From an uncultured Alphaproteobacteria bacterium (GTDB lineage: Bacteria; Pseudomonadota; Alphaproteobacteria; Rhizobiales; Xanthobacteraceae), in contig CAVQER010000007.1 in the NCBI GenBank assembly GCA_963711595.1, positions 195,992 through 259,991 of the forward strand: a stretch of 64,000 nucleotides of DNA. Direction: 5' to 3'. The notes under the pieces were generated by a model that was given only the letters and a program-made list of their open reading frames with translations, made no database searches and was not told the origin of the DNA. Positions 33,890 through 43,737 of this stretch are shown here, in pieces (the stretch's first letter is position 1; each line of letters opens with the position of its first letter). Both the position numbers and the translations under genes were made by a program.

Positions 33890-34933
33890 TCAGGTCGGCG
33901 CCGCAACTTCGCCAAGCGGCCATCGCGCGCGCGGACTTGTCTCAAGCCCATCGACGAGACCGCGCGCCAATCTCTCCGCGCCGGCCCACGCGATCATGGC
34001 TCCGTTGTCCGTGCACAGTTCCGGAGGCGGGAGCATGAGCGGCATTGCGAGTTCACCCGACACTGCCTCCAGCGCGTCACGGATCGTGCGGTTCGCGCCG
34101 ACTCCGCCAGCGACGACAAGGGCGCGCGGCTTCCACGCGCTGTTTCGCAATCCTGCAAGAGCAACACGAATCCGATCGATGACGACATCGACAATTGCCG
34201 CCTGAAAACTCGCGCAAAGATCCGCAACGCTTTCCTCGGAAAGCGGGGCCACGCGCTCCGCTTCGATCCGTACTGCCGTCTTCAATCCGGAGAGCGAGAA
34301 ATTCGGCTCCGGCCGGCCGAGCATCGGCCGAGGCAGGTTGAACCGGGTCGGATCGCCGGCGGCAGCGCAGCGCTCGACTTCGGGTCCGCCGGGGTAGGGC
34401 AGACCGAGCATCTTCGCGGTCTTGTCGAAGGCTTCGCCGATCGCGTCGTCGATCGTGCCGCCGATGAAGCGGTAGCGGCCAACATCCTCGACCGATATCA
34501 ACTGGGTGTGACCCCCGGAGGCGAGAAGAAGCAGGAAAGGAAAACTCAGGCGATGGGTCAGGCGCACCGTCAGCGCATGTGCTTCGAGGTGGTTGACGGC
34601 AATGAGCGGCTTGCCCGCGACGAGCGCGATGGATTTTGCCGTGGTCAGACCGACAATGACCCCGCCGATCAATCCGGGACCGGCAGCAGCAGCGACAGCA
34701 TCGAGCTGTGCATAGCTCACGCCCGCTTGCTCCATGGCGCGACGAATGACGCCGTCCAGTAACTCAACGTGCGCTCGCGCGGCGATCTCCGGCACCACGC
34801 CGCCGTAGTTCCGATGCTCGTCGAGCTGCGAATGAATGATGTTCGAGCGGATCGAACCTTGGCCCTGGCCATCGCGATGCACGACCGCGGCGGCGGTCTC
34901 ATCGCAGGTGGTCTCAATGCCAAGAACGAGCAT
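33890..34933 (-). CDS. tsaD: tRNA N6-adenosine threonylcarbamoyltransferase
   Basis: ORF 33890..35080; ATG at 34933 gives [17 protein letters not shown]. Kae1/TsaD family throughout. Confidence 0.9.
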   Translation of the reverse strand: MLVLGIETTCDETAAAVVHRDGQGQGSIRSNIIHSQLDEHRNYGGVVPEIAARAHVELLDGVIRRAMEQAGVSYAQLDAVAAAAGPGLIGGVIVGLTTAKSIALVAGKPLIAVNHLEAHALTVRLTHRLSFPFLLLLASGGHTQLISVEDVGRYRFIGGTIDDAIGEAFDKTAKMLGLPYPGGPEVERCAAAGDPTRFNLPRPMLGRPEPNFSLSGLKTAVRIEAERVAPLSEESVADLCASFQAAIVDVVIDRIRVALAGLRNSAWKPRALVVAGGVGANRTIRDALEAVSGELAMPLMLPPPELCTDNGAMIAWAGAERLARGLVDGLETSPRARWPLGEVAAPT

Positions 34934-35020
34934 TTCGCACGCCTCCAGGCGCGGCCAGTCAGCAGGAACTAGCAGGATTTCCGATTTCCGCCCATCCATG
35001 TGGTATCGGTCGAATGCGCC

Positions 35021-35953
35021 ATGACCGACCGATCCAGACTTCGCATCGGCACCCGCGGTAGTCCGCTCGCGCGGGCACAAACCGATATCGTGCGGGCGCG
35101 ACTTGCCATCGCAAACCGGCTCGATCCCGCCGCGATCGAAGTCGTGGCGATCAGCACGTCAGGCGATGCCGTGCGCGACCGACCGCTCGCGGAAGCGGGC
35201 GGCAAAGGGTTGTTCACGAAAGAAATCGAGGAGGCGCTGCTCGCCGGGGAGATCGATCTGGCGGTACATTCGGCGAAGGACGTCCCGACGTTTCTGCCGA
35301 AGGGTCTCGTACTCGCGGCATTTCCCGAACGGGCCGATCCGCGCGACGCTCTTGTCAGTGAGAATTTTGCGCGCCTCGCGGATCTGCCGACGGGCGCCGT
35401 CGTAGGCAGCGCATCCGTGCGTCGCGAGGCGCTCGTGCGACGGCTCCGGCCGGACGTGGCCGTGAAGCTGTTGCGCGGCAACGTCAATACGCGCCTGGAA
35501 AAGGTAGCGAGCGGTGCGTTCGACGCCGCCGTGCTCGCGCTCGCAGGGTTGGAGCGCCTCGGCCTTTCCGCACGCGCAAAAGAGGTGCTCGACCCGGAAA
35601 TTTTTCCGCCTTCCGTCGGCCAAGGCGCGATTGCGATCGAAATCCGTGCGGGCGACGAAGAGGCCGCAAGTCTTGCCGCCGCCATTGACGACATGCCGAC
35701 GGCAACCGCGCTTGCCGCCGAGCGCGCGTTTCTTGCCGAACTTGACGGCTCCTGCCGCACGCCGATCGCGGGTCACGCGCGTATCGTGAAGGGACGCTTG
35801 CGATTTCATGGATTGGTGATCTCGCCGGACGGCCGCGAAGCCGTGGAGACGGCGCGCGAGGGCCTGCCTGCCGACGCGGCGCGCCTCGGGTCGGACGCGG
35901 GACGAGAATTGAAGAGCCGCGCTCCAGCCGGCGTGCTTGCAACGCTTTCATAG
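35021..35953 (+). CDS. hemC: Hydroxymethylbilane synthase (porphobilinogen deaminase)
   Basis: ORF 35000..35953; ATG at 35021. [15 protein letters not shown]-terminus and the conserved Cys near the C-terminus (GSCRTPIAG). Confidence 0.92.
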   Translation: MTDRSRLRIGTRGSPLARAQTDIVRARLAIANRLDPAAIEVVAISTSGDAVRDRPLAEAGGKGLFTKEIEEALLAGEIDLAVHSAKDVPTFLPKGLVLAAFPERADPRDALVSENFARLADLPTGAVVGSASVRREALVRRLRPDVAVKLLRGNVNTRLEKVASGAFDAAVLALAGLERLGLSARAKEVLDPEIFPPSVGQGAIAIEIRAGDEEAASLAAAIDDMPTATALAAERAFLAELDGSCRTPIAGHARIVKGRLRFHGLVISPDGREAVETAREGLPADAARLGSDAGRELKSRAPAGVLATLS

Positions 35954-36661
35954 ATGCGTGTTCTGGTGACACGGCCGCAGCCCGACGCCGCACGTACCGC
36001 GGCGCGTGTGAGAGAGCTCGGACACGATGTCATCGTCGATCCATTGCTCTCGATCACGTCGGTGACCGTTTCCGAGATTCCGGCGGGTCCATTCGCGGGC
36101 CTCGCAGCGACGAGTGCCAACGCGGTTCGAGCGGCTGCGGCAAATGTCGCGCTCGACTTCACCCGCGCGATTCCGACTTTTACGGTTGGGGGCCACACGG
36201 CGGAAGCGGCGCGGGCCGCCGGGTTCAAGAAGGTAGTCGCCGCCGATGGTGATGCGTCGGCGCTGGCAAGGTTGCTCGAGAATGAACTCGCTGCAGGCAC
36301 GCGCGTGTTGCACTTGGCTGGCGAAGACCGCGCTCGGGATCTTTCCGGTTTGCTCTCGAACAGCGGGATTGCCGTCGAAGTGCTCGTTCTCTACCGAGCG
36401 CAGCCGGCGGCGGCCCTCGCGCCAGCAATCGCCGCTGCGCTGTCACAGAACAAGGTTGATGCAATCTTGCACTTCTCCCTACGGAGCGCGGCGACGTTTG
36501 CGTCTCTTGCCCAGCGCCAAGGTCTCGCCGATGCCGCACGGAGACCGCGTCACTTGTGTCTTTCGCGGACCGTGGCGCAGGGGCTCGCGCCCCTCGGCGT
36601 CGCGGTCGAATGTGCGGCGCGGCCGACTGAAGAAGAGCTTGTCGCGTTACTCGGTCCGTGA
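35954..36661 (+). CDS. hemD: Uroporphyrinogen-III synthase
   Basis: 235 aa. MRVLVTRP start. The ATG follows the hemC stop directly. HEM4-family length and pattern. Confidence 0.75.
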   Translation: MRVLVTRPQPDAARTAARVRELGHDVIVDPLLSITSVTVSEIPAGPFAGLAATSANAVRAAAANVALDFTRAIPTFTVGGHTAEAARAAGFKKVVAADGDASALARLLENELAAGTRVLHLAGEDRARDLSGLLSNSGIAVEVLVLYRAQPAAALAPAIAAALSQNKVDAILHFSLRSAATFASLAQRQGLADAARRPRHLCLSRTVAQGLAPLGVAVECAARPTEEELVALLGP

Positions 36662-36733
36662 AGCGGTTGCGGCCGCGGGTGGCTGGGTCTATCCCGGTCG
36701 CGCAAGCGCGATTCCCGCGGCGCAAGAGGAGCC

Positions 36734-37927
36734 ATGGTGGAAGGCGACCGCCCGGAGGACGAAGCACCGCCGCCCACCCCCAAGCGGCGGCGGCGGCCGC
36801 CTACCCTTGAGTTGAAGGCGACCGAGGTCGGCGGCCAATCGGCGGCTGCGGAGGCGCCCCAGGCGGAAAGATCCGCCGAACACCATGCATCCGATTCGAT
36901 CGACTGGCGCGCGCTCCTGACGAATGCGCAGGTCACCGGCGTGGTCGGTGTTCTTGCCGGTGCGCTCCTCGTGTTTGGATTGATGACGCTGTTCGGAAAT
37001 CGCAGCGGGGGCGACGCGCGCGTAACCGAACTTTCGCACGAGGTGAAGAATCTTTCTTCGCGCATCGAGACGCTGGCCAACCGTCCGCTGCCGCATCCCG
37101 ACTCGGCGGGTCTCGCGCAGCGGATCGACCGGCTGACAGCCGCAATCGGCGACAGCGAGCAGCGGCTCGCTTCGATCGAGCGCCGCCCGGCGCAGCAGGC
37201 GCCGGACCTTTCAACAGTCAATCAGCGTACGGCCGCGATCGAAACAGCGATCAAGGACTTGCGCGGGGCGTTAACCGAGCTTCGCCGCGCGGCCGAACAG
37301 ACGCCGCCGGCAGCCATCCCGCAGGCGATCGACGCACTGACCAACCGCATCGGGGGTCTGGAAGAGCGCATCTCCGCCCTCGTAGCACCGCGGGCCGCGG
37401 CCTCCACTGCTGCGCTTGCCACCGAGATCGGCACGCTCAATGCGTTGTCGGACGCATTGAAGAGCGGACTCCCGTTCATGAAGGAGCTCGAGGCGGCCCG
37501 GGTACAACTCGGCGACAGGGCCGCACCGCTCGCTGTGCTCGAGCCTTATGCCGGCAAGGGAATCCCGACTATGGCCGCGCTCGCAGAAAGCCTGTCACAA
37601 CTCGCGCCGCATCTCACGCGCGCACCTTCAGCCGACACGAGCGTACTCGGGCGCCTCCTCGACAACGCCGCACGACTTGTCGAGGTACGCCCGGTCGGCG
37701 AGCCGGAAGGAAAAGGCGCGGGCGCTCTCGTCGCGCGCGCCGAGACGAAACTCGCTCGCGGCGACGTAGCCGGCGCACTGGCGGAAGTCGACCAGCTGGC
37801 GGATAGCGCAAAAGCGGCAGCGTCGACGTGGATCGCGGCCGCAAGGCAGCGGCTCGACGCTGAGCGGACCGTGCGGCAGCTTATCGATGCAGCGCTTGCC
37901 AACAGCGTAGGGCGCAAGCAGTCGTGA
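36734..37927 (+). CDS. Mitofilin/Mic60-like membrane protein (alphaproteobacterial Mic60 homologue candidate)
   Basis: 397 aa; RBS AAGAGGAG. Basic N-terminus, one TM (VTGVVGVLAGALLVFGLMTLFG), long Ala/Leu/Glu-rich coiled-coil region, conserved-looking C-terminal block (LARGDVAGALAEVDQL...WIAAARQRLDAERTVRQL). Sits between hemD and the hemY-like gene. Confidence 0.55.
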   Translation: MVEGDRPEDEAPPPTPKRRRRPPTLELKATEVGGQSAAAEAPQAERSAEHHASDSIDWRALLTNAQVTGVVGVLAGALLVFGLMTLFGNRSGGDARVTELSHEVKNLSSRIETLANRPLPHPDSAGLAQRIDRLTAAIGDSEQRLASIERRPAQQAPDLSTVNQRTAAIETAIKDLRGALTELRRAAEQTPPAAIPQAIDALTNRIGGLEERISALVAPRAAASTAALATEIGTLNALSDALKSGLPFMKELEAARVQLGDRAAPLAVLEPYAGKGIPTMAALAESLSQLAPHLTRAPSADTSVLGRLLDNAARLVEVRPVGEPEGKGAGALVARAETKLARGDVAGALAEVDQLADSAKAAASTWIAAARQRLDAERTVRQLIDAALANSVGRKQS

Positions 37928-39459
37928 TTCGCATCGCCCTTTTCCTAGCAGCGATCGCGGCGATCGCGCTGGGCGCAGCGTGGTTCGCGGACCGGCCTGG
38001 CGAGGTCGTAATGACCTGGCAGGGCTGGCGCATTTCGACCTCGCTCATGGTCGCGGCCGCCGCTCTGTTGGTCGTCATTGCGCTTGCGATCATTGCGTGG
38101 TCGCTGCTCCGCTTCGTGTTGTACTCGCCCCAGCGGGTAGCCGATTTCGTCGAAGAGCGGAGGCAGCTTCGCGGCTGGCGCGCGGTCTCGCGGGGACTGA
38201 TTGCGGTCGGCACCGGGAATATGTCGCTTGCAAAACGTTCTGCGGGCGAAGCACGCAAGCTACTGGCGGGCGAGCCACTGACGCTGCTGCTCTCCGCACA
38301 GGCGGCACAACTCGCCGGCGACTCGAAAGTTGCGGAAGCAGAATTCCGCAACATGCTCGCTCACGAAGAGACGAAACTTCTCGGGCTGCATGGCCTGTTC
38401 GTGGAAGCGGCGCGGCGCGCGGATCCCGTTGCCGCGCTCGCCTATGCCGAGGAGGCGGCAAAGGCAGATCCGGCGCTCGGATGGGCGGGCGATGCGGTAA
38501 TCGAATTCCGCTGCCGCGCAGGCGATTGGTCCGGAGCGCTCGAGTTGCTCGAAGCGCAAATTGCCGCGAAAGCGGTCAGCAAGGCCGCCGGGAAGCGCCG
38601 CCGCGCCGTGCTGATGACTGCCCAGGCGCTGGCGATTGAGGAAGCCGATCCTGCCCGTGCTCAGGAACTCGCAACCGGCGCGGCGCGGCTCGCGCCCGAT
38701 CTCGTTCCGGCCGTCGCGCTCGCCGGACGATTGGAGGCACTCGCGGGAAATGTTCGGCGCGGTTCGCGCATGATCGGCAAGGCATTTGCCGCGAACCCGC
38801 ATCCCGAATTGGCGGAGGCGTACACGGAATTGCGTCCCGGCGACACCGCGCGCGAGCGCCTCGATCGCGCAAAGGCGCTCGCGCAAAAGGCGCCTGCGCA
38901 TCCGGAGTCCTTGCTCGCGCTCGCACGGGCCGCGATGGACGCACACGACTTTTCCCAGGCGCGGAGCGCGCTTGCCCCCCTTCTTACGGAGCCGACGCAG
39001 CGCGTTTGTCTGCTCATGGCTGAGATCGAGGCGACCGAACTCGGCGACCACGGCAAGGCGCGCGAGTGGACGGCTCGTGCCGTGCGCGCGCGGCGCGATC
39101 CGGCCTGGGTCGCGGACGGCTACGTGTCGGAACGCTGGCTGCCGATCTCGCCGCTCTCCGGCAAACTCGATGCCTTTGTATGGACGGTGCCGCCCGAGGC
39201 GCTTGCGGGGCCGGTGCTCGAGCAGGTGGCGCAGCAGGCGCTTGCCGAGGCGGCGGCGAAAGCAAGCCGTCCGACCGCGCCGGTTCCTGCGCCCGTGGCG
39301 ATAGAGGCCGCGCGATCTCGCCCCGCTCCGCGCCGCAAAGCGGGGGTGGACCCAGTGGTAGCGGAGCCACCATTGCCGGACGATCCGGGTCCCGAGGCGG
39401 ATGCGCCGACGCGCAGACGCTTCCGTTTGCTTGATTGGCTGGCCGGGCCAAGTCCTTGA
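37924..39459 (+). CDS. HemY N-terminal-domain / TPR membrane protein
   Basis: 511 aa. GTG start overlaps the upstream stop (GTGA). Two N-terminal TM segments, then TPR-like repeats, then a Pro-rich tail. Confidence 0.7.
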   Translation: MIRIALFLAAIAAIALGAAWFADRPGEVVMTWQGWRISTSLMVAAAALLVVIALAIIAWSLLRFVLYSPQRVADFVEERRQLRGWRAVSRGLIAVGTGNMSLAKRSAGEARKLLAGEPLTLLLSAQAAQLAGDSKVAEAEFRNMLAHEETKLLGLHGLFVEAARRADPVAALAYAEEAAKADPALGWAGDAVIEFRCRAGDWSGALELLEAQIAAKAVSKAAGKRRRAVLMTAQALAIEEADPARAQELATGAARLAPDLVPAVALAGRLEALAGNVRRGSRMIGKAFAANPHPELAEAYTELRPGDTARERLDRAKALAQKAPAHPESLLALARAAMDAHDFSQARSALAPLLTEPTQRVCLLMAEIEATELGDHGKAREWTARAVRARRDPAWVADGYVSERWLPISPLSGKLDAFVWTVPPEALAGPVLEQVAQQALAEAAAKASRPTAPVPAPVAIEAARSRPAPRRKAGVDPVVAEPPLPDDPGPEADAPTRRRFRLLDWLAGPSP

Positions 39460-39531
39460 ATTGGGCCCATAGCCCCGCTATCAGGGCCGTGCGCGAAAGC
39501 GGCGAGACACTGACGCCATCGCGTGCATCGG

Positions 39532-39606
39532 GCCGGCATAGCTCAGCGGTAGAGCATCCGCTTCGTAAGCGGGGGGTCGGGGGTTCAAATCCCTCTGCCG
39601 GCACCA
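39532..39606 (+). tRNA. tRNA-Thr (anticodon CGT), CCA encoded
   Basis: Manual cloverleaf: acceptor GCCGGCA/TGCCGGC, D arm GCTC-AGCGGTA-GAGC, anticodon arm TCCGC-TTCGTAA-GCGGG, T arm GGGGG-TTCAAAT-CCCTC, then A-CCA. Confidence 0.9.
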
Positions 39607-39909
39607 TCGTTTCCGTACGAATTTTTCGGCCCAACGTTGCGACCCGCGCGATTGTGGGCAGCGCTTTCGAAGGCCCTCCCGTTCAACCGGTTGCCTCGGA
39701 TTAGGCGTGGAATCGCAAAAGCTGCTTTTGCGAATTCGCGTTGTCGTTGCCAATCCGGACTGGGCATAGTCAGATATTCGAGAAGCGTGCAGAGAAAATC
39801 GCAACAACAGCCGGACTCTCGCGGGGAGGGCCGCTCGGCCTACCCTCCACGTCGACGAAATCCGGCGATGAAATCGAAGCTCGCCGAAGCGAGCGCAAGG
39901 GAGGGTTAC

Positions 39910-41085
39910 ATGAGGAAACGGTTGATTGGCTTGTGCGCGACCGGCGCACTGCTCGCGTTCACCGGCGCCGCGGCTGCGGAGACTGTGAAGGTCGGGGTGC
40001 TCGGCGTGTTCTCCGGCGGCTTCGCGCGCTGGGGTGAACAGTTCCAGCAGGCGATCGCGGTCTATCAGAAGCACAACGGCGATGCGGTGAACGGCAACAA
40101 GATTGAAGTGGTCTATCGCGACGTCGGCGGCCCGGACCCGGCCAAGTCGCGGCAACTGACGGAAGAACTGATCCTGCGCGAGAAAGTGCAGTTCATCGGC
40201 GGATACGCGTTCACGCCGAACGCGTTGTCGGTGGCGCAACTCGTCACTGAAGCGAAAGTGCCGACGGTCATCTTCAACGCCGCGACGTCCGTGATTACGC
40301 GTCGCTCGCCGTATTTCGTTCGCGTGAGCTTCACGCTCGCGCAGGACACGCTACCGCTCGCCCAATGGGCCCCGAAGAATGGGATCAAGCGGGTTGTCTC
40401 GGTCGTGTCGGACTATGCGCCAGGTCACGACGGCGAAGCGACCTTCGTCAAGGTATTCAAGGAAAACGGCGGGGAGATCCTGGAAGCGATCCGCATTCCC
40501 CTCGCCACGACGGACTTCGCTCCCTTCTTCGAGCGAATCCTCCAACAGAAGCCGGATGCGATCTTCCTGTTCGGGCCGGGCGGTCCCGCTTCAGTCGGAA
40601 TGATCAACACGTGGGCGTCGCGCCTGAAGCCAGCGGGGATCCAGCTCCTGACCACGAACGAGACGCAGGAGATCGACCTGGCGAAAATCGGCAAGGCATC
40701 GATCGATGCGGTCGGCTCCTCGCATTACACGGAGACGATCGATAATCCGCTGAATAAGCGTCTGCGCTCGGACCTTGAGTCCATGTTCGGCAAGGATCGC
40801 ATTCCGGACACCGCCACGGTTTCCGCTTACGACGGCATGCATATGATTTACCAGGCTGTCGCCAAGCTCGGACCGCGCCCGAACCCGGAAGAGACCATGA
40901 AGCTCATGAGCAATATGAAGTTCGATAGCCCGCGCGGGCCGATCGCGATCGACCCGAAGACGCGCGACATCGTGCAGAACGTCTATCTGCGACGCGTGAA
41001 GGAGCAGGACGGTAGGCTCGTGAACATCAACTTCGCCACGGTGCCGATGGTCAGGGACCCGTGGAAGGACTGGAATCCGGAGTGA
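39910..41085 (+). CDS. ABC transporter substrate-binding protein, branched-chain amino acid (LivJ/LivK-like) family
   Basis: ORF 39637..41085. ATG at 39910 preceded by AAGGGAGGG and followed by a signal peptide (MRKRLIGLCATGALLAFTGAAAAE). Type I periplasmic-binding fold pattern. Confidence 0.85.
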   Translation: MRKRLIGLCATGALLAFTGAAAAETVKVGVLGVFSGGFARWGEQFQQAIAVYQKHNGDAVNGNKIEVVYRDVGGPDPAKSRQLTEELILREKVQFIGGYAFTPNALSVAQLVTEAKVPTVIFNAATSVITRRSPYFVRVSFTLAQDTLPLAQWAPKNGIKRVVSVVSDYAPGHDGEATFVKVFKENGGEILEAIRIPLATTDFAPFFERILQQKPDAIFLFGPGGPASVGMINTWASRLKPAGIQLLTTNETQEIDLAKIGKASIDAVGSSHYTETIDNPLNKRLRSDLESMFGKDRIPDTATVSAYDGMHMIYQAVAKLGPRPNPEETMKLMSNMKFDSPRGPIAIDPKTRDIVQNVYLRRVKEQDGRLVNINFATVPMVRDPWKDWNPE

Positions 41086-41121
41086 GCCGGGCCGCGCGGG
41101 CGGCAAAGTAACGGCGCTCCG

Positions 41122-41988
41122 ATGGAATCGGCGGTTATCGTCCTGTTGGACGGATTGGCCTACGGAATGGTGCTGTTCATCATCTCCGTAGGCCTCACCG
41201 TCACCATGGGGCTGATGCGCGTGGTCAATCTCGCCCACGGCAGCTTCGCCATGGTCGGCGGCTACCTTGCAGCGGTGCTGGTCGTGTCGGGAACGCCGTT
41301 CTTTCTTGCGGCTGTGCTTGGAACCGCCGCCGCCGGCATCCTAGGTGGGTTCACGGAAGTGACGATCTTCCGGCGTCTGTACCGGAAAGGCGAACTCGCG
41401 CAGGTCTTGATGACCTTCGGCATGGTGTTCGTCACCATCGCGGCGCTTACCTGGCTGTTCGGCACCGACATCAAACGCCTGCCGGTTCCGGATTATCTGA
41501 GCGGACTCGTAGATCTCGGATTCCGAAGCTACCCGACGTATCGGTTGTTTCTGATCGCCGTCGGCGCGGTGCTCGCGTTCGTGCTCTGGTACGTTATCGA
41601 GAATTCCCTCTACGGTGCGCGGCTGCGAGCTGCGGTCGACAACCCAAGGATGGCGCGCGCTGTTGGGATCAACGTCAACCGCCTCTTCACGACCACCTTC
41701 GTCGCGGGCTGCGCGCTCGCGGGCTTCGGCGGGATCATCGGCGCCGACATCCTTCCACTCGAGCCGTTCTATGCGCTGCGCTATCTCGTGCCGTTTCTGG
41801 TGATTGTCGCTGTCGGCGGGCTCGGCAGTTTCAAGGGCTCCTTCGTTGCAGCGATCACCCTCGGTGTGATCGACACCGCCGGCAAGTTTCTGGTGCCGAA
41901 CGTCGCGCCGTATCTGTTCTTTGGCCTCGTGTTCCTGCTGCTCCTGTGGCGCCCGAACGGGATTCTTCCGGCAAAGAGTGCCGCATGA
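41122..41988 (+). CDS. Branched-chain amino acid ABC transporter permease (LivH-like)
   Basis: 288 aa polytopic protein. GLMRVVNLAHGSFAMVGGY is typical of LivH. Confidence 0.85.
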   Translation: MESAVIVLLDGLAYGMVLFIISVGLTVTMGLMRVVNLAHGSFAMVGGYLAAVLVVSGTPFFLAAVLGTAAAGILGGFTEVTIFRRLYRKGELAQVLMTFGMVFVTIAALTWLFGTDIKRLPVPDYLSGLVDLGFRSYPTYRLFLIAVGAVLAFVLWYVIENSLYGARLRAAVDNPRMARAVGINVNRLFTTTFVAGCALAGFGGIIGADILPLEPFYALRYLVPFLVIVAVGGLGSFKGSFVAAITLGVIDTAGKFLVPNVAPYLFFGLVFLLLLWRPNGILPAKSAA

Positions 41989-42980
41989 AACCCGACCTAC
42001 CTCAGGGGTCGGTGTTGGCAGAGGATCGAGTGAGCCCGATCTGGCACGCGGCGCCCTGGCTGATCGCAATCGCCTATTACTTTCTGGCCAGCGGCTACCT
42101 CAGCCTCGGCACGAATATTCTCGTTTACATACTGCTCACGCTGTCTCTCGATCTCGCGCTCGGCTACGCGGGCATCATCACGCTCGGACACGCAGCGTTC
42201 TTCGGATTCGGCGCCTATGCTGCCGGGCTTTTCGCCGTGCATGTCTACGCCGAACCGGTGGCCGGCCTGATCGTCGCGACCATCGTCACCGGCATCTTCG
42301 CGATGCTCACCGGGATGCTGATCCTGCATACGCAAGGTGTGACACTCCTCATGCTAACGCTCGCGATCTCAATTCTGCTCGCGGAATGGGCGAATCGCGC
42401 GCACTCGATCACCGGCGGTGACGACGGACTGCAGGTCACGATGAAGCCGGTGCTCGGCTTGTTCCGTTTCGATCTGTGGGGGAATACGGCGTACCTCTAT
42501 TCGCTAGTCGTGCTGTTTCTCTGGTTTCTCGCGAGCTGGAGCATGGTGCATTCGCCGTTCGGACGCTCGCTCGACGGTATTCGCCAGAGCCCTGCGCGCA
42601 TGCGGGCGATCGGTACGCCCGTGTGGTGGCGGCTCGTCGTCGTCTACGCGATCTCAGGAGCGATGGCGGGCACCGCGGGCGCGCTAACGGCACAGACCAC
42701 GCGCTTCGTCGGATTGAACACGCTGCACGTGCTGATCTCAGGTATTGCCGTCGTGATGCTCGTCCTCGGCGGCACGAAGCGGCTCTATGGCGCATTCATC
42801 GGCGCGGCGATCTATGTCGTGGTCCAGGACTTCGCAGCCAAGATCAATCCCTTCTACTGGATGTTCGTCATCGGTGGCCTGCTCATGGCGACCGTGATGT
42901 TCCTGGAAGGCGGTCTGATGGAAGTGCTGGACATCGCGCGGCGAAAAGCCCGTCAGTTCAGCGGACGGGTAAAGCCATGA
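41985..42980 (+). CDS. Branched-chain amino acid ABC transporter permease (LivM-like)
   Basis: ORF 41946..42980. ATG at 41985 overlaps the upstream stop (ATGA). GYAGIITLGHAAFFGFGAY motif. Confidence 0.85.
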   Translation: MKPDLPQGSVLAEDRVSPIWHAAPWLIAIAYYFLASGYLSLGTNILVYILLTLSLDLALGYAGIITLGHAAFFGFGAYAAGLFAVHVYAEPVAGLIVATIVTGIFAMLTGMLILHTQGVTLLMLTLAISILLAEWANRAHSITGGDDGLQVTMKPVLGLFRFDLWGNTAYLYSLVVLFLWFLASWSMVHSPFGRSLDGIRQSPARMRAIGTPVWWRLVVVYAISGAMAGTAGALTAQTTRFVGLNTLHVLISGIAVVMLVLGGTKRLYGAFIGAAIYVVVQDFAAKINPFYWMFVIGGLLMATVMFLEGGLMEVLDIARRKARQFSGRVKP

Positions 42981-42993
42981 CTGCGGTTGGCCA

Positions 42994-43737
42994 ATGGCGC
43001 TTTCGGTTCGCGGGCTGTGCAAGAGTTTCGGCGCACTTCCCGTCGCGCAATCGATCGATCTCGATCTCGCCCCGGGCGCTCGGCACGCGCTGATAGGGCC
43101 GAACGGCGCCGGCAAGACGACGTTTGTGAACCTGCTCACGGGAATGCTCGCGCCCGATTCCGGCTCGATCCGCCTCGGCGCGGACACGATCGACAAGTTG
43201 AAGCCGGAAGATCGCGTGCGGCTTGGTCTCGCGCGCACGCACCAGATCAACACACTTCTGAATGAGACGAGCGTCCGCGATAACGTGGCGATCGCGATCG
43301 CAGAACGTGACGGAATCGCCTGGCGCATGTTCCGGTTCATGAAAGAGTGGCGCGATTGTCTGGAGGAATTGGACTCGCGCCTGAAGGAATTCGGGATCGC
43401 CGACGTCGGCGACCGGCGCGTCGCGGAGTTGCCCTACGGTAAGCAACGGCTGCTCGAGATCGCGATCGCGCTCGCATTGAAACCGCGCGTTCTTCTATTG
43501 GATGAGCCGGCGGCGGGTGTGCCGGCTGCGGAAGCGCATGTGATCCATGATGCACTGGGAAGGTTGCCACGCGAGATCGCGATCCTGATCATCGAACACG
43601 ACATGGACGTCGTGTTCCGCTTCGCGCGCGAAATCACGGTGCTCGTGCAAGGAAAGATCCTGACGAGCGGAGCGCCCACGAAGATTGCAGCCGATCCCGA
43701 GGTTCGCGCGGTCTACCTCGGCCGGAGCGTTCGATGA
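42994..43737 (+). CDS. ABC transporter ATP-binding protein (LivG-like)
   Basis: 247 aa. Walker A GPNGAGKTT and Walker B LLLDEPAAG. Confidence 0.88.
   Translation: MALSVRGLCKSFGALPVAQSIDLDLAPGARHALIGPNGAGKTTFVNLLTGMLAPDSGSIRLGADTIDKLKPEDRVRLGLARTHQINTLLNETSVRDNVAIAIAERDGIAWRMFRFMKEWRDCLEELDSRLKEFGIADVGDRRVAELPYGKQRLLEIAIALALKPRVLLLDEPAAGVPAAEAHVIHDALGRLPREIAILIIEHDMDVVFRFAREITVLVQGKILTSGAPTKIAADPEVRAVYLGRSVR

Noticed and set aside
39637-39909. Upstream extension of the substrate-binding-protein ORF (the track starts it at 39637), and similar 5' extensions of amtB, tsaD, gpsA, hemC, the MFS transporter, ialB, phhB and others
   Set aside because: The extensions lack homology-like sequence, overlap neighbouring genes or a tRNA, and precede internal ATGs that have a good RBS and/or a signal peptide. 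I trimmed them to the internal starts.
42977-42996. An alternative LivG-like start at ATG 42977 (overlapping the livM-like stop), which would imply a fourth frameshift
   Set aside because: That ATG is out of frame with the ATPase. The in-frame ATG at 42994 gives a normal N-terminus (MALSVRGLCKSFG) at the usual distance from the Walker A motif. No disruption needs to be invoked.
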